Source of the DNA: Candidatus Poribacteria bacterium
GTDB taxonomy: Bacteria > Poribacteria > WGA-4E > WGA-3G
DNA: 64,000 bases
Direction: 5' to 3'
NCBI GenBank assembly: GCA_963665235.2
Contig: CAXXLX010000001.1
Span: 160,001-224,000 of the forward strand
The position numbers and the translations under genes were made by a program. Under the pieces are notes generated by a model. It had not been told where the DNA came from. It was given only the letters and a program-made list of their open reading frames with translations, and did no database searches. Of the stretch, positions 43,350-53,771 are shown piece by piece; within the stretch, counting starts at the first letter, position 1, and each line of letters opens with the position of its first letter.

Positions 43350-43771
43350 TTAGTCCCAGTATTCGGGCAAACAGTTTCCCGCTCCTCAAGGACGATATCT
43401 TTATAGAAAGTCGTTTCCGCCCCGACCTCTTAGTCCCAGTATTCGGGCAAGCAGCCCGCTCCTCAAGGACGATATCTTTATATGAATGTCAAATATCTGT
43501 GAAAACAACAAAAACAATTCGTTAACTGGCACAAGTCGTTACCTAGCAACTTGGGTTAATATATTTTATATTATGATTTTTGGCAATTTTTCGTAATATA
43601 GAATTTTATATTGCGATTTTTGGCAATTTTTCGTAATATAGAATTTTTATGAGGGGAGGTCTCCTCACCCTATAAACAAGGTTTCAATCGGGCGGGGGAA
43701 CCCCATCCTTAAGGAGCGGGAAACCGTTTGCCCGAATACTGAGGAGATTGCCTAAATTTGCGTAAGTCCTG
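43350..43771. repeat. Cluster of repeat modules (agtattcgggcaa..ccgctcctcaaggac x3, a ~44-bp tandem, ctaaatttgcgtaagtcctg)
   Basis: The main module also occurs at about 25383, 48392, 51841 and 52055. Confidence 0.75.
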
Positions 43772-44608
43772 CTAACGCATTAAGGCACCGCCTGCTACGT
43801 TGATAGATACGCCGGTCAGATACGCGGCTTCATCTGAGGCGAGGAAGGCGGCCATTTTTGCTACATCCGAGCCTTCGGCGAGCCGCCCTAATGGGACCAA
43901 TTCTGTCGCTTGCTGGGCAAATGCCTCACGTTGTTCGTTAGGCGGCATATCTGCGGGCATTAGGGCAGCGGCTAAATGCCCAACACGCTCCGTGTCTACA
44001 AGGCTCGGACAGATAGCGTTGACGTTAATTTGATAGGGGGCAAGCTCATGTGCTAAGGATTCTGTTAAACCGATTACGGCAAATTTAGAGGCACAGTAAG
44101 CGGCGTAACGTGCCGCGCCACGTTTTCCGGCTACGGAGGAGATATTGATGATTTTACCGCCTGTGCCTTGCACGATGAGATGCCGGGCTACGGCTTGACA
44201 GCAGAGAAATACACCTTTTACATTGACGCACTGCACTCTATCCCAATCCGCCTCGGCGAGGTCAACGACAGGGACGCGGTCTTTTCCGGCTTTTGTTCCG
44301 GCATTGCTAACGAGAATATCGAGCTTGCCGAAATGTGCAATGGTTTTGTCTACCATGTCGGCGACCTGTTTTGCGTCTGATACATCTGCGATGATACTGA
44401 TAGCACGTTGGTTCATCGTCTCAATTTCGCGGACGACATCTGGTAATCCCCGCCAGGTGGAGGTGTCTGCTGCGTAGGGGTGTTCGGCTATATCATTGAC
44501 AGCGACATCAGCTCCCTCTTTCGCCAGACGGGTGGCGATGGCGCGGCCGATGCCGTTTTCGCCGCCCGCGCCTGTCACTAAAGCGACTTTGCCGTTTAGA
44601 TTATACAT
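43772..44608 (-). CDS. SDR family oxidoreductase
   Basis: TGAGGENGIG, SNAG, YCASK. Confidence 0.9.
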   Translation of the reverse strand: MYNLNGKVALVTGAGGENGIGRAIATRLAKEGADVAVNDIAEHPYAADTSTWRGLPDVVREIETMNQRAISIIADVSDAKQVADMVDKTIAHFGKLDILVSNAGTKAGKDRVPVVDLAEADWDRVQCVNVKGVFLCCQAVARHLIVQGTGGKIINISSVAGKRGAARYAAYCASKFAVIGLTESLAHELAPYQINVNAICPSLVDTERVGHLAAALMPADMPPNEQREAFAQQATELVPLGRLAEGSDVAKMAAFLASDEAAYLTGVSINVAGGALMR

Positions 44609-44628
44609 GTGGGGATCGGGTGTTTTCC

Positions 44629-45408
44629 TTAACGTTTAAGAGCTCCCCACGTTAATGCAAGTTTGCCTGCTGGGGCGACATCCAAAAATTCGGAGTCAAA
44701 GGTGAGGTCGCCAAAGGCGAGTGCGTCCCAGGCACCTCCGGCTATCCACCCGATTTGGTGTTCACGGGTGCCGTTTTCACAATCGTTCATGTGAAAGCTG
44801 AATCCGATGGTGAGTCCGTTTTTTGCTTTAAAGTTTGCGCCTCTACCGGGGTTCGCAAATTGAGGATTGCCGCGCGGTGCAGTCGGATCGATGGCGACTT
44901 CGTAGATGTAATCGTTGCCTTTTTTGACAACTATCCACTCGGTATTATCAGCGGAGGCTGCAGCGGAGAGGTCTTTGCCGTTGGCTCCAAGTGTCCACTG
45001 CACAAGTCCATCTCGTACCATCTCGTTATCAAAATCGAACATAAATTCGACGCTGTCGTCTTCCCACCATTTACTATCGGGGGGGTTAATGTCTTGAAGT
45101 TTATCATCGGTGATTTCGACAGCGAAGTAGATGCGGGTTGGGTCAGCTGCGCTCCACGCGATGCGGCCTTTTCCGGTAAAGTCGTTGGCGTTAGGGAGGC
45201 CTGGGCCTACATCTTTTAACTGATCGAAGGCAACACTTTCTGCACGCTGCCATTCACCGAGATTGCCGTCTACCTTGAAGTTGGAAATCTGTTTGGCAAT
45301 GTACTGCTTATCACGTTCGACGGCGAAAGTTAAGTCGGTTGCACAGATTATCAGAAGGAGTCCTACGATAATCGGTGCTACATTTTTAAACTTGATATGT
45401 TTCTTCAT
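44629..45408 (-). CDS. Secreted CBM9/DOMON-like sugar-binding protein with TWG tail
   Basis: Signal peptide; VDGNLGEW, IYFAVEITDD, WEDDSVEF; ends VAPAGKLALTWGALKR. Confidence 0.75.
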   Translation of the reverse strand: MKKHIKFKNVAPIIVGLLLIICATDLTFAVERDKQYIAKQISNFKVDGNLGEWQRAESVAFDQLKDVGPGLPNANDFTGKGRIAWSAADPTRIYFAVEITDDKLQDINPPDSKWWEDDSVEFMFDFDNEMVRDGLVQWTLGANGKDLSAAASADNTEWIVVKKGNDYIYEVAIDPTAPRGNPQFANPGRGANFKAKNGLTIGFSFHMNDCENGTREHQIGWIAGGAWDALAFGDLTFDSEFLDVAPAGKLALTWGALKR

Positions 45409-45443
45409 AGCAATAGCTCCTTTAGTCAAAAAGCAGATTGGTT

Positions 45444-45701
45444 CTACGATAAAGCAACGGATATTGCGACCGCAAGGGCAACAATCGCAATGCCGGTGGG
45501 TACCCAATTTAGAGCAGACTGCCATCCGGCTTTACGGCCCTTGATTTCAGCAACATCTAGCTCAACCTTCCGTAGTCGACTATCAAGTGTCTCAAGCTGC
45601 TTTGTGAATCGTGCGTCCATGTCAGCTATCTGCTTTGTGAACCGTGAATCCATGTCAGCTATCTGCTTTGACAACAAATCGTATAATTCTTGTGTAGTCA
45701 T
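45444..45701 (-). CDS. Small coiled-coil protein with C-terminal TM helix
   Basis: KQIADMDxRFT tandem (33 bp), hydrophobic tail, RBS ggag. Confidence 0.6.
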   Translation of the reverse strand: MTTQELYDLLSKQIADMDSRFTKQIADMDARFTKQLETLDSRLRKVELDVAEIKGRKAGWQSALNWVPTGIAIVALAVAISVALS

Positions 45702-45712
45702 CAAAAATCTCC

Positions 45713-45901
45713 CTAGCCCTTTAGTATCTGTCTGAGGATGAGGAACGCGCCACCAATGACGATAACGCATAGGGCGATACTCGTGATGACTGCAAGAAAG
45801 AAGACAAAGATGCCGAAAATCCATTTAAGGATTTCTATGAGAATCCAAGCAATCGCAAGAAAAGCGATAATGCCCAAAACGATGCTTAAAATTGTGCCCA
45901 T
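45713..45901 (-). CDS. Small 2-TM hypothetical protein
   Basis: 62 aa, almost entirely hydrophobic. Confidence 0.55.
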   Translation of the reverse strand: MGTILSIVLGIIAFLAIAWILIEILKWIFGIFVFFLAVITSIALCVIVIGGAFLILRQILKG

Positions 45902-45972
45902 GAGTTATTTTTAGGGCGGATGTTGCATCCGCCCATCCTATAAGTGTTAATGTGTAGATTGACAATTAGGTT

Positions 45973-46728
45973 CTATTTTTTGAGGCTTCCCCACGTAACA
46001 GCAAGTTTTGCTTTGGGGTCGACAGCTGTAAGATTTGTTTCGAGACCGTTATTCATCACATTTTGAACGTCGCTTTCAGGTAAAGCGGTGTTGAAGATGA
46101 TGAATTCGTCGATTAACCCTTGCCATTGCCGCTGTCCGTTCCAGTCGCCAATTCTTCCGGGGTCAAGGACACCGGGGTTGCCGCCCCAGTTGTGTTCAGC
46201 GTCAAGTTCACCATTGATGTAAAAGCGAATCTTCTTTTCTGTAGCACTGTAAGCGGTTGCGACGTGAACCCATTTATCCAATTGGTCTGTTGTAAACGCA
46301 AAATTTGCGAACGAGTCGTTGCCGCCGGGGTTCCCGTTAATAGAAAATTCTACTCGATTGTTTGGGTGCAGCTGATAATGAATATCGCCACCTTTCCACC
46401 CAGTGTTGTTGAAAAAGGTTCGCCATCCACCTACACGGCCAGTGGCTTTGACCCAGTGCGTGAACGTAATTTCCTCAAACTCGCCGATGCGTTTGGGTAC
46501 GTTAACCCATTCGTTTGTGCCGTTCAACTGTATAGCTTGACCGATTTTGCCATCAACGAAACTGCCGCCTTGTAGTTCGCCATCAAATCCGTTTCCTGAA
46601 AAATCTTCGGCATTACCGTCAAATAGCCATGCAGCGGCAACCATATCTGACGAGACCTGCGCGGAGCTGGGCAAGCTGATGAGCGACAGGACAAGTAAAC
46701 TTAGGACAATTGTAGTTATTCTTAACAA
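45973..46728 (-). CDS. Secreted LamG/ConA-like domain protein with TWG tail
   Basis: AAWLFDGNAEDFSGNG, WVHVA, FYING, GLIDEF; ends AVDPKAKLAVTWGSLKK. Confidence 0.85.
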   Translation of the reverse strand: MLRITTIVLSLLVLSLISLPSSAQVSSDMVAAAWLFDGNAEDFSGNGFDGELQGGSFVDGKIGQAIQLNGTNEWVNVPKRIGEFEEITFTHWVKATGRVGGWRTFFNNTGWKGGDIHYQLHPNNRVEFSINGNPGGNDSFANFAFTTDQLDKWVHVATAYSATEKKIRFYINGELDAEHNWGGNPGVLDPGRIGDWNGQRQWQGLIDEFIIFNTALPESDVQNVMNNGLETNLTAVDPKAKLAVTWGSLKK

Positions 46729-46767
46729 AATGAACCTCCTCTAGCGTGTCATAAGACAAGTGTTCGT

Positions 46768-47520
46768 CTATTTTTTGAGGCTACCCCAGGTGATAGCCAA
46801 TTTCTGCTTCGGATCAACGGCGAGTCCGCCTTCTATACCGTCATTCATGACAGACTTAATGTCTGCCTCACTTAAGACGGTGTTGAAGATAACGAATTCA
46901 TCGAAGAGGCCCTGCCAATGCCGTTGACCATCCCATGAACCAATTTTGCCGGGGTCAAGTACCCCGGGGTTGCCGCCCCAGTTGTGTTCGGCATCAAGTT
47001 CGCCGTTGATGTAAAAACGAATCTTTTTTTCTGTAGCACTGTAAGCGGTGGTGATATGAATCCACTTATTCATTTCACCGCCAGCTACTGCGAAGTTGGC
47101 AAACGTGTCGTTGCCGCCGGGGTTACCTCTAATAGAAAACTCCACTTTATTGTTTGGGTGCAGTTGATAATGAATATCGCCATCTTTCCAACCGGCGTTG
47201 TTGAAAAAGGTTCGCCAATCGTTTTCTCGTCCAGTGGATTTGACCCAGTGGGCCAAGGTGACTTCCTCAAACGAGCCCATCGCTTTGCCAATGGTAATCC
47301 ATTCGCTTGACCCGTTCAATTCAATTGCTTTTCCGATTTTGCCATCAACAAATTTTCCGCCTTGAAGTTCACCGTCGAATCCGTTACCGGAAATGTCTTT
47401 GGCATCGCCATCAAATATCCATGCTGCGACAATCATCTCCTCGGTGATTTCTGCCGAAACGGACATGCTGAAGCTCACGATGAGCAGCAGGCTTAGGGCA
47501 ACTATTGTAGCTTTCAACAC
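46768..47520 (-). CDS. Secreted LamG/ConA-like domain protein, paralog, with TWG tail
   Basis: GTG start after aggagg; ends AVDPKQKLAITWGSLKK. Confidence 0.85.
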   Translation of the reverse strand: MLKATIVALSLLLIVSFSMSVSAEITEEMIVAAWIFDGDAKDISGNGFDGELQGGKFVDGKIGKAIELNGSSEWITIGKAMGSFEEVTLAHWVKSTGRENDWRTFFNNAGWKDGDIHYQLHPNNKVEFSIRGNPGGNDTFANFAVAGGEMNKWIHITTAYSATEKKIRFYINGELDAEHNWGGNPGVLDPGKIGSWDGQRHWQGLFDEFVIFNTVLSEADIKSVMNDGIEGGLAVDPKQKLAITWGSLKK

Positions 47521-47619
47521 AATAAACCTCCTATATCTTACTAAACTTTGGACAATTTTAGGAGTTTGTCTATAGGGTGAACAGAACACGGTAGAAAGAC
47601 ATCGGACATCTCGATTACA

Positions 47620-47740
47620 CATTTCGCCCCGCTGGGGCTTAGTCTGGCCGGCTGCCGCGTTTTCTATAAACAGACCGCCCCGAGGGGCTAGTTTGTGGTG
47701 TGTTTGTGTTTTCTATAAACAGACCGCCCCGAGGGGGCTG
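47620..47740. repeat. ttctataaaca..cgccccg..ggggct module, tandem copies
   Basis: Also at about 19633-19695, 49595-49675, 51725-51840, 55868-55950 and 57820-57850. Confidence 0.75.
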
Positions 47741-47832
47741 CGCTTTGGAAAACCCATCGGTGTTTATTTTTCTCCTATTTGTCCATGTCTGATGAGCGTT
47801 GCAGGATGCGGATTTCGTGCCGCGCCTGCTCA

Positions 47833-48150
47833 GATTTTCTCTCCGTTATCGCGCTTAATGGATATGCGCGCGCGAAATGAGAGCGAAGCATTGTAAATGT
47901 CCACAATGCAAACAAAAACCCGCACTTGAGACACTCCATAAAAAAGTGAAGTGTGCACGTGCGGGCGTGAAGGTATCGCAGCTTGTAAATCCTACGACAC
48001 TGTCTTGTGATATAAACTTAACAAATGTAAAACTTATTAAGGGGGGGGGTAAACTGTTAGTTATAATGCATCCGATAGGGACAGGCCCAAAATATCCTTG
48101 AACGAACGACAGATACCGGATATGTTCATTTCTGAAAAGTGATGTGTTTC
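47833..48150 (-). promoter_or_regulatory. Conserved ~320-bp leader, copy A (candidate cis-regulatory RNA)
   Basis: Collinear homology to 56015-56331; lies downstream of TTGCAT-N17-TACACT (48292-48264). Confidence 0.55.
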
Positions 48151-48361
48151 TCACTGCTGGGGTCCCCCATGAAATTTAAAGTCGATTCAAAAATTTCGCG
48201 CCATCAGTCAAGAAAATAGTTTTCTAGGAAGGCACAAATTGAAATGGACTGTCTGTTCGATATAGTGTATCAAAAAACCGTTTTTAATGCAACTCTTAAA
48301 AATCCAGGGAGTGTGTAAAGTGTTTGTAACCAGGACAGACGCAGCGCGTTGATAAACCCTT

Positions 48362-48592
48362 CAGGACTTACGCAAATTTAGAACATAAGCTCAGTATTCG
48401 GGCAAACGGTTTCCCGCTCCTCTAGGGCTGGGTCCCCCAGCCCGCTAAGTCAACCTCTAAATCCCATTATCTATGGACTTTAGCAACGTGCTGCGTAAGC
48501 CCTTATAATAATGGGAGCATAGGGGGAGAAATAGCGGGCGAGGGCACCTCGCTTAATCCTACGAAGCTGTCCGCTAAATTTGCGTCCATCCT
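48362..48592. mobile_element. MITE-like unit with AGGACTTACGCA-type ends
   Basis: caggacttacgcaaatttag at 48362; tgcgtaagccct at about 48492 and ctaaatttgcgtccatcct at about 48574; same end at 43751-43771. Confidence 0.5.
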
Positions 48593-48598
48593 ATTGTG

Positions 48599-49480
48599 CT
48601 AAATAGAACGATGTCCGGCGAAGCCGCGCGGGTTTTCAAATGCGTCTGTCCACAGATGACACCACTCCGCATGGTCTGTTAGGACAGTTTCAGGATTTTT
48701 TCGGCTGCGCACGATGAAGTCTGGATGTGCTGTTCTCCCGGTGTGATGGCCTGTCGTCTGAAAACGGAGGTCTAATGACCATCGGCATCGGTCGGAGCTG
48801 TTCGGTTGCGACCGGTGTGGCGTGAACCGGCTGAGTAAGATGATATCGCCGCGGTAACATTCCAACATCATCGGTTCAACGTCGGGCATGAGCTCTGGTA
48901 TAATCATGGTGCCGCCCGCTTTCTGATGTGTGAGGTATCCGATATCTTCAGTAATACCTGGCAGTGCTTCGAGGCATCCCATTTCAATAGTGCTATCGCC
49001 TAAGGGAAGCCAACAGGTGACGATATTTGATGCTTCTGCTTCTTCCATCATAACGCCAGCGTCTTGGTGCCAGGGTACGCCGCCAGCCCAGCTTGCGTTT
49101 CCATCAACGACGGGTGGTTTTGCGCGGACATGCTGAATGGGGTTGCAGGTAATTTCGGGCCCGACAATTCCTTCAATAACATCGAGCAGGTTGTCGTTCC
49201 GCATGAATTCAAAGATGGCTTTGCCGCGATAGTGCATAATGTCCATTCCACTGTTGATTTCACCGGACTGGGCGAGGAGTTTTCCAAACCGCCTGTCGAA
49301 GGGTTCTGCTTCATAGAGATTTTCAATCTTTCCTTGCTGCTGTAGGGCGGTGGCACGTTCTGAAATCCAGTCCTCAATTTCGTCAATGACGGGTTGGACA
49401 TCTGCATCTGTGAGTGCGTTTTTGACTATCAGGACACCTTGTGTACGGTAGGTGTCTTTCTGTTCTTGGGTGAGTTTCAT
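48599..49480 (-). CDS. Phytanoyl-CoA dioxygenase (PhyH) family protein
   Basis: PWHQD, TCWLPL, TPHRSQPN.S..CRWSLDLRF. Confidence 0.88.
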   Translation of the reverse strand: MKLTQEQKDTYRTQGVLIVKNALTDADVQPVIDEIEDWISERATALQQQGKIENLYEAEPFDRRFGKLLAQSGEINSGMDIMHYRGKAIFEFMRNDNLLDVIEGIVGPEITCNPIQHVRAKPPVVDGNASWAGGVPWHQDAGVMMEEAEASNIVTCWLPLGDSTIEMGCLEALPGITEDIGYLTHQKAGGTMIIPELMPDVEPMMLECYRGDIILLSRFTPHRSQPNSSDRCRWSLDLRFQTTGHHTGRTAHPDFIVRSRKNPETVLTDHAEWCHLWTDAFENPRGFAGHRSI

Positions 49481-49560
49481 AACCTCTCCTTTTAATGCGC
49501 TATGTTTTATCATTAATAATAGCATGAAAGCGAACAGTAAACAAGAAAAAATGGCCAATG

Positions 49561-50513
49561 GGGTGTGTAAAGTTTTTGTACAAGTTGTTCAGTCTTAGCC
49601 CAGTATGGGCGTTATGTTTATAGCGTGACACACCCCCCCCTTCTTAGCCCAGTATGGGCGTTATGTTTATAGAATGTTGGTTTATGGCAGAATTGGCTCA
49701 TAGCAGTTGGCAAAGAAGCGGTTGGCAAGAGCTTGTGATTATAGTCCGCGTTCTGACGCGCGTCACATCCCGCTTCCTCTTGCTAATCGCCGATGAGCGA
49801 ATTGCCAATACTATTTTTTCTGAAGAAAAATCAAACAGTTCGCAACTAATATAACAGAAAACCAAAACATTTTTCGGAGAAAAGCGGCACGGTTTGCAAC
49901 GAAGCTGAGCGGACACCGATAGCGTGTGTCAAAAGTGTAACATTTCCACCGGAACCACCTCAAAAAGTAGGAGGCAGAACGGTAAGAAAACTCCGCAGAA
50001 CAGATACCCGAAATCGACGGTTAAAATGACACAACGCGTTTTTTTGTGTTGCGAAATTTCGTTTTTTATGTGTTGGGAAAAAATGGGTCGAAACCGAATA
50101 GAGGGCAAAACGGCTTATAAAGCTATGCGTGGCGTGCGTTCAGACACATTCAGAACCGAGAACCAAATGTTACACTTTGTGTCAAAAGTGTAACATTTCC
50201 ACCGGTTTTGTACAAAAACTTTACACACCCCTTTGCTATGGGTGTGTAAAATTTTTGTACACCCGTTTGTAGTAGGGCGATTCATCGCCCGGCCGGTTGT
50301 AATAGAAGCCGTTTGTAGTAGGGCGATTCATCGCCCGGCGTGTCGTCCAGGGTTGTGATGTGCGATGGGTTTTGCTCCTAGGATCAGGGCTGCGACGGGC
50401 AATAAATGGTTTCCCTACTACGAGCACCGCTCTGATGGACAATGAGTCGCATTGTAGGAATAGGCGGTTTTAAACATCAATGGATTAACTTGTATAGAAA
50501 CTTTACACACTCC
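49561..50513. repeat. Gene-free mosaic of repeat modules, including GTAG-REP-like copies
   Basis: gtacaaaaactttacacaccc-type ends at 49561, 50210, 50240 and 50493; gtagtagggcgattcatcgcccg twice plus an inverted copy (50263-50421). Confidence 0.75.
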
Positions 50514-50676
50514 ATAAGTCTTGGAAGATATATCGATAAGTAGATGATTCAAACATGGGAACCTCCATTTTTTGTCAGGATCGCGGATTATCGGGGATTA
50601 CGTGGATTACGCGGGTTTTAAGCTATCGTCTGATACCTATAACCCGCGCGAAATCCATTGGTGGGGCTGCCCGGTG

Positions 50677-51525
50677 CTATTTTCCGTTTTCAGTCAATTT
50701 TTGCCTGAATGCCTCGAGGGTGTCTACCTGTGCGGCTGTTCGGACGAGTGCGTCAAGCCGTTGGGGGTCTTCTATCCCCTCAAGGGATAACTGTAATTCC
50801 TCATTTGTGCCGATTCCGAATCGAGCGTCAAGGACACTCAAGATGTTTTTGACAGCAGTTTCTCGTTGTCCTTCTTGTTGTCCTTGTTCGAAGATATATC
50901 GATAAGTAGATGATTCAAACATGGGAACCTCCATAAGATGTTTGATTTCTTCGGGGTCAACGATTAACCCACTCAAAATCCATTGCCATAGTAGTAAGTT
51001 GTTTTGAACATCAGGGTCAAGGTCCAGCGTGCGTACCTGTTCGTGGCACCGTTCGACCCATTCCACCGCGGATACATCGTCCGGTCGCTTCATTAGGGGC
51101 GTGAATGCCAATTTAGCGATTAGCAATTGGCGATTAGCAATTGGCAAAGAAGAAGAGGACTCTGACGCGCGTTAGAGTTCTTATTAGAATCAGAAAATCT
51201 TGCCATAAGCCAATAGCCAATAGCCATTAGCCAGTTTCCGTTTCACTATTTCTGTTTCGGACTGGTTGCTGACTTGAAACTCTATATGCACTAAAACCTC
51301 TTTTCCATTAATTCGCACCTTCGCGAGGATATCCATGCGTCGTATTTCGACGGTGGGTAGTTCTGTATCGAGGTGTTCAATGAACTCGAGGTCTCGGATG
51401 TTTGTAAAATGTCGCAACAATGCTTCGGCGAACACGGCGAATATGCCTTTGCTTACAATATCGTAGCGTTGATGCGGTAATGCTTCGAGTAGTTGTCTAA
51501 AAAAATCTTTTGTCTTATCTTTCAT
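50677..51525 (-). pseudogene. Rpn-family (PD-(D/E)xK recombination-promoting nuclease/putative transposase) gene split by a repeat module
   Basis: N part YDIVSK..LDTELP..RRMDIL..HIEFQ; C part LAFTPLM..ESSTY..EQGQQEG..L.ARFG; heptamer module at 51112-51231. Confidence 0.75.
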
Positions 51526-52315
51526 AGCGGGATGTTATCCTTCAAAACTGGGATAATTAGAAATGCATGTTAATATTATACACTGACTTGTAACGTTTGT
51601 CAATCGTTATTAGCGATTGGCAAATTGGCGATTGGAAACCAGAGGTTGTGATTCTAAGCAGGTTTTTGGCGCGCGTCTAAAATCTCTTTCTCTTGCCAAT
51701 AGTCAACGGTTTCCAATAACCAACATTCTATAAATATATCGCCCCGCTGGGGCTAGTTTGTGTGTTGTTTGTGTTTTCTATAAATATATCGTCCCTACGG
51801 GACTAACAGAGGGGATGGCATCTGCTGCTATAAACATACCGTCCTTGAGGAGCGGGCTGCTTGCCCGAATACTGGGATTAAAAGCAGGGGAGTTCTCTGC
51901 TGACTCTTCTGTAGGTGCGAGCTTCGCTCGCGATTTTTTGCCCTCGTTTATAGTGATGGGCCTCATGCGATCAGAAAATCGGTTTAATATATCAAAACAT
52001 ATCTCGATTGTACGGAGAACCAAGTGATATAATCTATCACAAGCACATCTCACTCTTGAGGAGCGGCCTGTTTTGCCAGTATTCAGACAAGCAGCCTGCT
52101 CCTCACACTAGAAAATCGGCATACACATATCTTTAAAATCCGCGTCATCCGTGTCCTCCGCGATAATTCGCGATTCAGATAACACACGCGAAATCCACCC
52201 TTCCACCCTTCCACCCTTCCATTTATCATAGTACAAAAACTTTACACACCCCCCATTTTTGGACGATCTTTTCAAAAAAACGAAAAATATGATATACTTA
52301 ATCAAATCGGAGAAT

Positions 52316-53749
52316 TTGACATACTCCCCCAGCTAAAGCAAGGGGGATTCTTTTGAAAGTGAATCCCATGCTCTCTGGTGCGGATTGTGGGGTATAGACT
52401 TCGGGTGAAGTCTGCGAGGGCTGCTCGCAATAGCAAGGCTGACATCCTCTAATCCAAAGGTTGACGCCCCAACCTTTAAAATATTTATCGCAGCGTTAAC
52501 GTCACGATGGTGTTTCTGCGCGCAAGTAGAACAACACTATTGACGAACAGACAAGTCCAGCTGCTGTTTTCGCTGTCCACAGTGGCTACAAGTCTTAGAA
52601 GTCGGTTCAAAACGGTCAATATAGTGAACCTCTTTACCGTGTTTGACCGCTTGATGGCGCAACTTTTGATGAAACGAGTAGGGCGCAATATCAGAAACTT
52701 GACGACCCCAGATGCGTTTCATACCCTCAAAAGTCAACGTCTCAAAACAGAGGTCATCGTGTTCATGCACAAAACGCTTCGCGAGTTTCCAATGATGATC
52801 CTCACGTTGTCTCTTGATTTTACGGTGTTTGCGTGCCACATCTAAGCGGGAACGCTCACAGTTGTTGCTACCCTTTACTTTCTTAGCATGGGCACGTTGT
52901 GCCACAGACAAATCCGCCATAGAGGTTTTATAGAACTCAGGAGACGCATAGGCTGTGCCATCGGAACAGGTGAACATCGTTTTGATACCGAAATCATACC
53001 CTGCAGCACTACCCGTCTTAGGTAGGATTTCAGATACGGTGTCATCTGTTACAACACACATATAGAAGTCACCAACACTATCTGCTTTGATAGTGACTGT
53101 CTTAATATTACCTACTATCTCGCGGCTTAGATTAAACCGATATTGTTTTTCCATTATACGGACCCTATCACCATAGAAACTATAGCCAGAGGGGGACATT
53201 GTGAATGAATACGGTTTGCGCCATGAACGAAACTTAGGCGGACGCTTCGCAATACACTTAAAAAAACGCTGATACCCGGTGTCTAAACGCCGCAGTATAT
53301 CACGCGCCGCCCAAGAGTCTAACTCACGCCAATGCGAAAACACTTCAGGATGTGAGTTCCTAAGGACGGTAAAGGCACGCGACATCTCAGGAAGCGACAT
53401 ATACGCAAGACCAAGAGAATAGCGCGTCCGCTGCCAACCTAAAAAATAGTTACAAACATCATGGGCCACCCACGTTAAACGCTTGAGATTACGATTACGC
53501 GGGGCACGAAAAAGTTTGTATTTTGTGGTATACATCTAAGGGTATCCTGCCTTGAAAAGTTGCTACCTGCCTCTAAAAAGGGGCGGAGAAGTCTATAGTA
53601 CAAAAACTTTACATTTTTGGACGATTCTCCGCTAAGGCATTAAATAGAGTATACCCCATTTTTCAGGAAAAGTCAAATTAAAATTTCAACTCATGCACCG
53701 CTACTACATCCCCCAGCTAAAGCATGGGGGTTTTGTAGCGGAAGATTTG
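52316..53749 (-). mobile_element. IS200/IS605-family tnpB-only element, copy 2
   Basis: Same ends and TTTAT target as copy 1; 25 bp longer. Confidence 0.9.
52333..53535 (-). pseudogene. tnpB: tnpB with premature TAG at 52537-52539, losing half of the Zn finger and RuvC III
   Basis: TGG in copy 1 is TAG here; the downstream frame is otherwise intact. Confidence 0.88.
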
Positions 53750-53771
53750 ATAAACGTGGAAGGAATCTCAC

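Noticed and set aside
49884-49898. Second sigma54 promoter (cggcac-ggt-ttgca)
   Set aside because: Spacing is 2 nt too short and there is no downstream gene.
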